Shown here: positions 37,370 to 45,104 of the stretch, in pieces
How positions within the stretch are numbered: the stretch's first letter is position 1
Layout of the letters: every line of letters begins with the position of its first letter
DNA from: Bacteroidota bacterium
GTDB taxonomy: Bacteria > Bacteroidota > Bacteroidia > Palsa-965
Assembly: GCA_006218065.1 (NCBI GenBank)
Contig: VBWE01000014.1
Location: forward strand, 70,364 to 134,363
Direction of reading: 5' to 3'
Length of the DNA stretch: 64,000 nucleotides
Position numbers and translations under genes: made by a program
The notes under the pieces: model-generated
Told to the model about the DNA's origin: nothing
The model's input: the letters and a program-made list of their open reading frames with translations, nothing else
Databases searched by the model: none

Positions 37370-39373
37370 ATGGCAAAGAAGACGGAAAAAAAGAAAAGCA
37401 AAGCCGCATCACCCGGGCTGAGCGGATACCTGAAAAAGCATGTTTTTATCGTCGCACTCGTTGTGCTGGTCGGCATCGTTTTCGGGAACACGCTTTCGAA
37501 CGGGTACGCGCTCGATGACGATTACTATACGAACGGCGGCACGTCGCAAACCGCGCAAAATATCCGCAAAGGTTTTTCGGGCATTCCGAAACTGCTGACC
37601 ACGCTGACCTTCCAGGGAAGAGAAGGAGAAGGTTACGCATACCGCCCGGTGGTGGCGATTTCATTTGCCATCGAACATGCGCTTTTCGGTGAAAGTGCGA
37701 AAGCCAGTCACTTCATCAGCCTGCTTTTATATGCGCTCACGGTCGTGGTGCTTTTCCTTCTACTGAAGCGCTGGTTCCCGGCGCAGGGCGAATGGTTCGT
37801 GTTTTTCGTCTGCCTGCTTTTTCTCGTTCACCCGCTGCATACCGAAGTGGTAAACAATATCAAAAGCCGGGATGAACTGCTGGCTATGCTGGGCGCGCTG
37901 GGTTGTTTCTATTTCGCGTGGCGGCATATCGAAACGGGTCGCTGGTACTACCTGCTGCTTTACCCGCTTTGTTTCCTGCTCGGTATGTTTTCCAAACGCA
38001 CGATCATTCCGTATTACGTATTGTTCCCGATGGCGCTCTGGTTTTTCAGCAAACAGAACTGGAAAAAAATCGCGCTGTACATGGTTCCGCTGATTATCGT
38101 CGCAGCCATTTCAGCCCTTGCACAGCAACAGCTTCTGCCGCAGCAGCAAAGAGAATACCTTTTGCTGGAAAATCCGTTTCCCACGGGACACTATGGTATT
38201 GCTGCAAAAACAGCGACCTCGGCCTACATTCTCGGGCGTTATCTCTGGCTGCATATTATTCCGCACCCGCTCGTGTATTATTACGGGTTCCGTCACGTGC
38301 CGGTCGTGGACTGGTCGAATATCATCGCGATTGCGGGATTGCTCGTGCATGTTTTTCTCGGCGTGGTGGCTTTGCTCGGGTTACGGAAACGCAGCCTGCT
38401 TTCGTTCGCCATCCTGTTTTATCTTGTCAACATGGCTGCCTACTCGAACCTGCTGCAGCCCGCTCCGGGTATGATGGCGGAACGTTTTACCTATTCGGCC
38501 ACCATCGGTTTTTGCATCGCCATAACCTGGCTTGTTTTTAAACTGCTGAAAACAGAACCGCAAAATTTTGCCTGGGGAGAAACCAATACGGTGCGGATCG
38601 TGCTGCTGGGTATTGCAGGTCTTTTTGCCATGCGCAGCTTTGTGCGAAACGGCGACTGGGAAAGTAAAATAACCCTGTACGGCAACGACATGGAATACCT
38701 CGAAGAATCGGCCAAAGCGAATATGATGCTCGGCCAGCTTTATTTATACGACGGTATCCAGAAGAACAACCAGCAGGAACTGGAGCTTGCGCGGAAAAAT
38801 TTTCAGAAAGCCGTGGAGATTACGCCCGGTTATTCCATCGCGTGGAACGATCTCGGCACCGCTTCGTTTTTCCTCGGAGAATACAGCGCCGCCGCGAAGG
38901 AATTCGGAAAAAGTCTTGCGCTGGATCCGAAAAACGTGAACACGGTGTACAGTATGGGCCTTTCGCTTTACAAGATGCAGCAGTTGGATTCTGCGCTTCC
39001 GTATTTTCAGCGGACGCTCCGGCTCGACTCCATGCAGATGCGCGCCTGGGAATACGTAGCCCGGATCACATCCGAAAAAGGAAATCCCGACGAAGCGCTC
39101 CGCATACTCGAACGCGCCGCGAAAACCGATCCGAAAAACGAACTGCCGTATGAAGTCATGGCCAGTATCCACATGAAGGATAAAAAAGACACCGTGATGG
39201 CCATCGCGCTGTATGAAAAATCATTGCAGATGAACCCGCGAAACCTGCAGCGCATCGGTGGACTGGCCGAGTATTTCAAGCAAAAAGGCAATACGGAAAA
39301 ACTGCAATACTACAGCGATATGTATATGCGCATCAAACAGGAGATGGAAACTGCTGCGCAGCAAAAAAAATGA
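37370..39373 (+). CDS. TMTC-like membrane glycosyltransferase with C-terminal TPRs
   Basis: YALDD; YRP; HPLHTEVVNNIKSRDE; AERFTY; RNGDW; several TPRs. Confidence 0.85.
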   Translation: MAKKTEKKKSKAASPGLSGYLKKHVFIVALVVLVGIVFGNTLSNGYALDDDYYTNGGTSQTAQNIRKGFSGIPKLLTTLTFQGREGEGYAYRPVVAISFAIEHALFGESAKASHFISLLLYALTVVVLFLLLKRWFPAQGEWFVFFVCLLFLVHPLHTEVVNNIKSRDELLAMLGALGCFYFAWRHIETGRWYYLLLYPLCFLLGMFSKRTIIPYYVLFPMALWFFSKQNWKKIALYMVPLIIVAAISALAQQQLLPQQQREYLLLENPFPTGHYGIAAKTATSAYILGRYLWLHIIPHPLVYYYGFRHVPVVDWSNIIAIAGLLVHVFLGVVALLGLRKRSLLSFAILFYLVNMAAYSNLLQPAPGMMAERFTYSATIGFCIAITWLVFKLLKTEPQNFAWGETNTVRIVLLGIAGLFAMRSFVRNGDWESKITLYGNDMEYLEESAKANMMLGQLYLYDGIQKNNQQELELARKNFQKAVEITPGYSIAWNDLGTASFFLGEYSAAAKEFGKSLALDPKNVNTVYSMGLSLYKMQQLDSALPYFQRTLRLDSMQMRAWEYVARITSEKGNPDEALRILERAAKTDPKNELPYEVMASIHMKDKKDTVMAIALYEKSLQMNPRNLQRIGGLAEYFKQKGNTEKLQYYSDMYMRIKQEMETAAQQKK

Positions 39374-39482
39374 TTTGAAAATGAACCGATTTGAAAATTT
39401 GAAAATGCGCACATATCAACACACGCAGTCATCTTCTCTCCCGATAGCTATCGGGACAAATTGATTCATTTTCAAATCGGAT
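39372..39482. repeat. ATTTGAAAATG-family MITE-like element containing palindrome TCCCGATAGCTATCGGGA
   Basis: Homologous to the reverse complement of 44968-45064 and 51281-51377; palindrome at 39439-39456. Confidence 0.85.
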
Positions 39483-39507
39483 CAAATTCTTAGTCCGTAC
39501 TATAATT

Positions 39508-39978
39508 ATGGGTATCGAAATCGAGCGCAAATTTTTAGTGAAAGACGAGAGCTGGAAACAGGCTTTGTCCGAACCCGGAAAACCGTACCGGCAGGGTTAT
39601 ATGCTCAGCGACAATCGCCGCACCGTTCGCGTGCGCACCGCGGGGGATAAAGGATTCATCACCATCAAAGGAAAAGGAAAGGGATTGCGCCGCCCGGAAT
39701 TTGAATACGAGATTCCGCTGGAAGATGCGAAAGAATTGCTGGCGCTTTGCGATGAAACGATCATCGTAAAAAAGCGGCACCTCGTGCAGCATGAAGCGCA
39801 TACGTGGGAAGTGGACGTTTTCGAAGGCGACAATGCCGGGCTGATCGTTGCGGAAATCGAATTGTCGCACGAAGATGAAACATTCGCCGTTCCCGATTGG
39901 GCCGGTGAAGAAGTGACTTTTGACGGCCGGTATTCCAACGCCAGTTTGTCGCGGCGGCCGTGGAGTAAGTGGAATTGA
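39508..39978 (+). CDS. CYTH-domain protein
   Basis: EIERKFLV; RVR; EFEYEIP; WEVDVF; VAEIEL; YSN. Confidence 0.93.
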   Translation: MGIEIERKFLVKDESWKQALSEPGKPYRQGYMLSDNRRTVRVRTAGDKGFITIKGKGKGLRRPEFEYEIPLEDAKELLALCDETIIVKKRHLVQHEAHTWEVDVFEGDNAGLIVAEIELSHEDETFAVPDWAGEEVTFDGRYSNASLSRRPWSKWN

Positions 39979-40225
39979 CTCACCCCCCGGCCCCCTCTCT
40001 CCGGCTTTGTTAATCCGCTTTACAAGGCTGGGTCGTTTTAATACAAAGCCGCAAAGAGGGGGTGTCGTAAAACTGTAAAACCTGCGTCTTTGACGCAGGT
40101 TTTACAGTAGTTCCTTTTACTATAAGTTGTGGCTCCCCCTCTTTGTGACGTTGTCGCAAACCGACTTTCGTTTAAACAAAACACACAACGTCGGAGAGAG
40201 GGGGCCGGGGGGTGAGTCCCCGGAC
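39977..40225. mobile_element. REPIN/MITE-like element, copy 3 (full length, inverted relative to copy 2)
   Basis: 27-bp TIR 39977-40003/40192-40218; each arm has an inner stem plus CAAAGAGGGGG; central ACTGTAAAACCTGCGTC-TTT-GACGCAGGTTTTACAGT stem. Confidence 0.9.
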
Positions 40226-40232
40226 AACCGAC

Positions 40233-41108
40233 TCAATTCTTATACAACGAATCAATATCCTGCCGCAAATACTTGCGCACGGCCAGCGCGGTGCATATCC
40301 ACGCGATGAAAATACCGAGTACGGTAACCAGCCCGTAAAGGATAGCCAGTGTTTTCAGGTCGGTGATGCCGATGAAGTGGAAATCGGGAACGTGGTCGAG
40401 CCCGTAGATAATTCCGCTGATGAGCGCGATGGCTACAATGGCGCCGAAAATGCCGTTGCGGATCCCGCTCAGTACGAAAGGCCGCCGGATAAAGCCCTGC
40501 GTGGCGCCCACCAGGTTCATGGTGCGGATCAGGAAACGTTTCGAATAAATGGCCAGGCGAATCGTATTGTTGATCAGGCCGATGGAAATCAGCAGGAGCA
40601 GTCCGCTGAAAATCAAAATGCCGATGGTGATCTGGTTAATGTTTTCGTTCATGGCGCTCACCATGCTTTTTTGGTAATACACATCCTTTACCTGCGTATC
40701 CTCGCGCAATTCCTTTTCGATCCAGGCAATGCTGTCGTTATTCGCGTATGCGGCCCTGAGCGAGATTTCGATGGAAGGCTGGAGCGGGTTGAAGCCGAGC
40801 GTTTTGATGAAATCCTCGCCGAGGTCTTCCTGCAGTTTCTTCGCCGCTTCCTCTTTCGAAACGTAAACCGTGGCGCGGCGATAGGGTGAAGCGTCGATGG
40901 ATTTCTGCAGGGCGATGATGTCGGCGTCTTTCGCAGTCTCGTCCAGGAAAACGGTTACCGTGATATTTTCCTTCACATAATCCGAAACCGATTTCGCTTT
41001 CAGTACCACCAGGCTGGTAATGCCAAGCAGGGTAAGCACCAGCGCAATGCTGATGACGATGGTGAGGGCGGAGGAGCGAATACTTAAACGGCTGTATTTT
41101 TCCGACAC
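40233..41108 (-). CDS. ftsX: Cell division permease FtsX
   Basis: VISIALVL.LLG; YVSKEEAA; LGFNPL; INNTIRLAIYSKRFLIRTMNLVGAT..FIRRPF. Confidence 0.95.
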   Translation of the reverse strand: MSEKYSRLSIRSSALTIVISIALVLTLLGITSLVVLKAKSVSDYVKENITVTVFLDETAKDADIIALQKSIDASPYRRATVYVSKEEAAKKLQEDLGEDFIKTLGFNPLQPSIEISLRAAYANNDSIAWIEKELREDTQVKDVYYQKSMVSAMNENINQITIGILIFSGLLLLISIGLINNTIRLAIYSKRFLIRTMNLVGATQGFIRRPFVLSGIRNGIFGAIVAIALISGIIYGLDHVPDFHFIGITDLKTLAILYGLVTVLGIFIAWICTALAVRKYLRQDIDSLYKN

Positions 41109-41251
41109 GGCTGATGCTGTTAATTAGCGAAATTAGATAATCGGCCTTTGCCGGCTCCCGGATTTTCGCCAAGATGCTGACAAGCGGATTGTTGAAAACC
41201 CCGGATTTTTAAGTCCGGACCAGCGGGAGCGGAAGTTCCTGCTATGATTAG

Positions 41252-41334
41252 CCGATTTGAAAATGGAGCCAATTTGAAAATGCACACAGGCAAGTGCGCA
41301 TGGCATCTTCAAATTGGCTCCATTTTCAAATTGG
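41252..41334. repeat. ATTTGAAAATG-family element (variant) between divergent ftsX and leuS
   Basis: Perfect 24-bp IR 41255-41278/41308-41331. Confidence 0.85.
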
Positions 41335-41406
41335 TCCATCGGTAAATCAGCCATAAAATCGGGAATTCCGTACCTTCGATCTCCCTTTAACAGCGTCAGG
41401 AAATTT

Positions 41407-44400
41407 ATGGAATACAATTTTTCAGAGATCGAAAAAAAATGGCAGAAAGCCTGGAAGGATAACCAAACCTACCGGGTAACGGATGGCGGAAGCAAACCGA
41501 AATACTACGTGCTCGACATGTTTCCCTATCCTTCGGGAGCGGGTTTGCACGTGGGGCATCCGCTCGGGTATATCGCTTCGGATATTTTTTCGCGTTACAA
41601 GCGCCTTAAAGGATTCAATGTGCTGCACCCGATGGGTTTCGACGCTTTCGGTTTGCCTGCCGAGCAGTATGCCATTCAAACCGGCCGCCATCCTGCGGAT
41701 ACGACCAAAGAAAATATCGCGCGCTACCGCGAACAACTGGATAAAATCGGTTTCAGTTTCGACTGGAGTCGTGAAGTGCGTACCTGTGAACCGGAATATT
41801 ACCGGTGGACGCAGTGGGTTTTCCTGCAGCTTTTCAAATCCTGGTACAATTGCAAAACGCAGAAAGCCGAATCCCTCGATACGCTGATCGCGGTTTTCGA
41901 AAAAGAAGGGTTTAAAGGTGAAGCGCACCAGGTGCTCACCGGCGATATCGAACATGATCTTGCACCGTTTACCGCGGAAGAGTGGAAGAATTTTTCGGAG
42001 AAGGAAAAATCCGATGTGCTGATGAATTTCCGGCTGGCTTATCTCGGTGAAGCCTGGGTGAACTGGTGCCCGGGATTGGGTACCGTGCTGGCCAACGACG
42101 AAGTGAAGGACGGCGTTTCCGAACGCGGCGGTTATCCCGTGGAGCGCAAACGCATGCCGCAGTGGAGCCTGCGTATCACGGCTTACGCCGATCGCCTGCT
42201 GAATGATCTGAACGGTATCGACTGGTCCGACAGTATCAAGGAAGCCCAGCGCAACTGGATCGGGCGGAGTGAAGGGACTTCGATTTTTTTCAGACTGGAA
42301 AATCACGATGCGGCCGTGGAAGTTTTCACCACGCGACCGGATACGGTTTTCGGCGTTTCGTTCGTTACGCTGGCGCCGGAGCATGAACTGGTGGCGAAAA
42401 TCACGACGGCGGAATACAAAGCGGCCGTGGATGCCTACGTGAATACCGCGAAAAACAAATCGGAACGTGAGCGGCAGGCGGATGTGAAAAACGTGAGCGG
42501 ACAATTTACCGGCGCGTATGTGATCCACCCGTTCACTGCGAAAAAAGTCCCGGTCTGGATCGGCGAATATGTCCTGGCCGGCTACGGAACCGGCGCGGTA
42601 ATGGCCGTTCCCGCCCACGACTCGCGCGATTTTGCTTTTGCTTCGCACTTCGGTTTGGAAAAACCGCAGGTGATCCAGCCGCCCGCAGCATGGAATTTTG
42701 AAAAAGAATCTTTCGACGAAAAAGAAGGCGTCTGCATCAATTCCGATTTCCTGGACGGGCTGGAAGTGAAAGCGGCCATCCGCAAAGCGATCGAAGAAAT
42801 TGAGAAACGTGGCCTGGGAAAAGGCAAGATCAATTTCCGCCTCCGCGACGCCGCTTTCGGCCGCCAGCGTTACTGGGGAGAACCTATTCCGATTTATTAT
42901 AAACCTGCCGTCAGTTCGAGCGCAGTCGAGAACACGGCGGACCTTATTCCTGTTCCACTTGACGAATCGGAACTCCCGCTCATCCTGCCGGAAGTGGATA
43001 AATTTTTACCGACGGAAACCGGTGAGCCGCCATTGGCGCGAGCGCGGGGGTGGGCATACAGACCACACCCCCTTCCCCTCTCCGAGGGAGGGGGGAGCGA
43101 TGCTTTCACCTTCGGTGAAGGCTATACTCCTCGCTTTTTTACGACTTCGCCCGAGAAGTGGAAACTTTTGAAAGAGTGGGCGAGGGCGCACCGGAAGGCG
43201 GCTACGCCGGCCGAAGATCTGCTTTGGCAGGAATTGCGTGGCAAGAAAACCGGTTTCCAGATTCGCAGGCAGCATGCGATCGATGTTTTTATCGTGGACT
43301 TTGTTTGCCTTTCCAGAAAACTGGTGATTGAAGTGGACGGCGGGTATCACAACGATCCCGGGCAGCAGGAATATGATGCACAACGGACGCTCGTACTGAA
43401 CGAACTTGGTTTTAAAGTTATGCGTTTCACGAACGAACAGGTTTTGCAGCGTACCAGCGAAACGGTGAATGAAATAGCAAACACCCTGCGAACCACCGTC
43501 CTCCCTGAAGGGGAGGAAAGAGGTGGGGTCGCTTACCCATATGAAACCACCACCATGCCCGGCTGGGCCGGATCGAGCTGGTATTTTTTACGCTACATGG
43601 ATCCGCATAATGAAAACGAATTTGTTTCGCGCGAAAAAGCGGATTACTGGCAGAACGTGGATTTGTATTTAGGCGGCGCCGAACATGCTACCGGGCATTT
43701 GCTGTATGTGCGTTTCTGGACGAAGTTTTTGTACGATATCGGGAAGATTGGTGTGCAGGAACCGGCGAAGAAGTTGATTAACCAGGGGATGATACAGGGG
43801 ATGTCTGAAAAAATTAAGATTAAACAATCAATTTTCTCAGGAACAACAACTACATCCGATGCTCATCCGGTTGCTTCATCCAAATCGTTTCTGATGCCGC
43901 AAGAAATGGAAGGATTAAATAGCACTACAGTGACTTTACCTATTGATTCAAAACAGGTTTTTGTCAGCGCTGAAATAGAAGATTCCAAGGATGAGTTGAT
44001 GACGTTCTTCAATTATGTTCCAATACAATTATCCAAAAATTCGAAGTTGGAGATAGATAAGTATCTCGAATGGAATCACAAGGAACGAAATAATGATATT
44101 TCCTCCGCTGTTTTTTTGATCAAAAATTTTTATTGGTTTAAAGGTAATTGGTATGACTATTCGATGAATGTTATATCCAATACGAGTAATCTTGCTTTCT
44201 TGACAAAATCAGAAGTTGAAAAAATGTCGAAGTCAAAACTCAATGTAGAGACTCCCGACGATATCTGCGATCAATACGGCGCCGATACTTTACGCATGTA
44301 CGAAATGTTCCTCGGTCCCATCGACCAGGCCAAACCCTGGAATACGAACGGCATTACCGGCGTTCACGGATTCCTGCGTCGTTTCTGGCGTTTGTTTCAT

Positions 44401-44904
44401 GATGATAAAAACGGGTTTGCAGTAAACGAAGAAGCCGCCACCAAAGCCGAACTGAAAGTGCTGCATAAAACGATCAAAAAAATCGGCGAGGATGTCGAAC
44501 GTTTTTCATTCAATACCGGTGTGAGCAGTTTCATGATCGCCTGCAACGAACTCACGGAACTGAAATGCCGCAAGCGCAGTATCCTCGAACCGCTGGTGAT
44601 CGCGCTTTCGCCTTTCGCCCCGCATATCGCGGAAGAACTCTGGGAAAAACTCGGGCATACCGGCAGCGTGAACTTCGCGCAGTTCCCGGTTTACGATGAA
44701 CAGTACCTCACCGAAGACAGTTTCGAATACCCGGTGCAGGTAAACGGAAAACTGCGTTTCAAATACAGCGTGGCCTTAGGTTTAAATCCGCAGCAGATCG
44801 AAAAAGAAGTGATGGGCAGCGAAGAAGTGCAGAAATGGCTCGACGGAAAAACGCCGAAAAAAGTGATCGTGGTCCCGAATAAGATCGTGAATATCGTCGT
44901 TTAA
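41407..44904 (+). CDS. leuS: Leucine--tRNA ligase with in-frame insertions
   Basis: MFPYPSGAGLHVGH (HIGH); FTTRPDT and GTGAVMAVPAHD editing domain; KMSKS; QVNGKLR C-terminus. Confidence 0.97.
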   Translation: MEYNFSEIEKKWQKAWKDNQTYRVTDGGSKPKYYVLDMFPYPSGAGLHVGHPLGYIASDIFSRYKRLKGFNVLHPMGFDAFGLPAEQYAIQTGRHPADTTKENIARYREQLDKIGFSFDWSREVRTCEPEYYRWTQWVFLQLFKSWYNCKTQKAESLDTLIAVFEKEGFKGEAHQVLTGDIEHDLAPFTAEEWKNFSEKEKSDVLMNFRLAYLGEAWVNWCPGLGTVLANDEVKDGVSERGGYPVERKRMPQWSLRITAYADRLLNDLNGIDWSDSIKEAQRNWIGRSEGTSIFFRLENHDAAVEVFTTRPDTVFGVSFVTLAPEHELVAKITTAEYKAAVDAYVNTAKNKSERERQADVKNVSGQFTGAYVIHPFTAKKVPVWIGEYVLAGYGTGAVMAVPAHDSRDFAFASHFGLEKPQVIQPPAAWNFEKESFDEKEGVCINSDFLDGLEVKAAIRKAIEEIEKRGLGKGKINFRLRDAAFGRQRYWGEPIPIYYKPAVSSSAVENTADLIPVPLDESELPLILPEVDKFLPTETGEPPLARARGWAYRPHPLPLSEGGGSDAFTFGEGYTPRFFTTSPEKWKLLKEWARAHRKAATPAEDLLWQELRGKKTGFQIRRQHAIDVFIVDFVCLSRKLVIEVDGGYHNDPGQQEYDAQRTLVLNELGFKVMRFTNEQVLQRTSETVNEIANTLRTTVLPEGEERGGVAYPYETTTMPGWAGSSWYFLRYMDPHNENEFVSREKADYWQNVDLYLGGAEHATGHLLYVRFWTKFLYDIGKIGVQEPAKKLINQGMIQGMSEKIKIKQSIFSGTTTTSDAHPVASSKSFLMPQEMEGLNSTTVTLPIDSKQVFVSAEIEDSKDELMTFFNYVPIQLSKNSKLEIDKYLEWNHKERNNDISSAVFLIKNFYWFKGNWYDYSMNVISNTSNLAFLTKSEVEKMSKSKLNVETPDDICDQYGADTLRMYEMFLGPIDQAKPWNTNGITGVHGFLRRFWRLFHDDKNGFAVNEEAATKAELKVLHKTIKKIGEDVERFSFNTGVSSFMIACNELTELKCRKRSILEPLVIALSPFAPHIAEELWEKLGHTGSVNFAQFPVYDEQYLTEDSFEYPVQVNGKLRFKYSVALGLNPQQIEKEVMGSEEVQKWLDGKTPKKVIVVPNKIVNIVV
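42910..42933 (+). repeat. REP-like 24-mer inside leuS, translated as VSSSAVEN
   Basis: GTCAGTTCGAGCGCAGTCGAGAAC resembles the reverse complement of intergenic copies at 3196 and 6511; starts on a codon boundary. Confidence 0.75.
43060..43530 (+). mobile_element. DUF559 (Vsr-like PD-(D/E)XK) endonuclease cassette with inverted hairpin arms, in frame in leuS
   Basis: AR..RK..TPAEDLLWQELR...IRRQHAI..FIVDFVC...LVIEVDGGYH...YD..RT..L...GFKVMRFTNEQV; imperfect TIR 43061-43095/43496-43530; flanks GCATAC/GCTTAC. Confidence 0.85.
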
Positions 44905-44967
44905 GTACCGCTTACTCCTCAACGTATTTTTAAACGTAAGTCACGGAACTTCGGAGTGTCCGTATTT

Positions 44968-45064
44968 CAATTTGAAAATGAATCAATTTGAAAATTGAGA
45001 AGATGGTTGCGCGCGCGGACATGTGCGCATTTTCAAATTTTCAAATCGGTTCATTTTCAAATTG
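44968..45064. repeat. ATTTGAAAATG-family MITE-like element
   Basis: CAATTTGAAAATGAATCAATTTGAAAATT...AATTTTCAAATCGGTTCATTTTCAAATTG. Confidence 0.85.
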
Positions 45065-45104
45065 CACCGAAAAGCCGTACTTTTCATAGGCAAATTCCCG
45101 ACCC

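Noticed and set aside
43060-43530. Intein or self-splicing intron explanation for the leuS insert
   Set aside because: No N-terminal Cys/Ser block, no His-Asn followed by Cys/Ser/Thr, and no room for Hint domains or intron core structure. The insert is only the nuclease plus hairpins.
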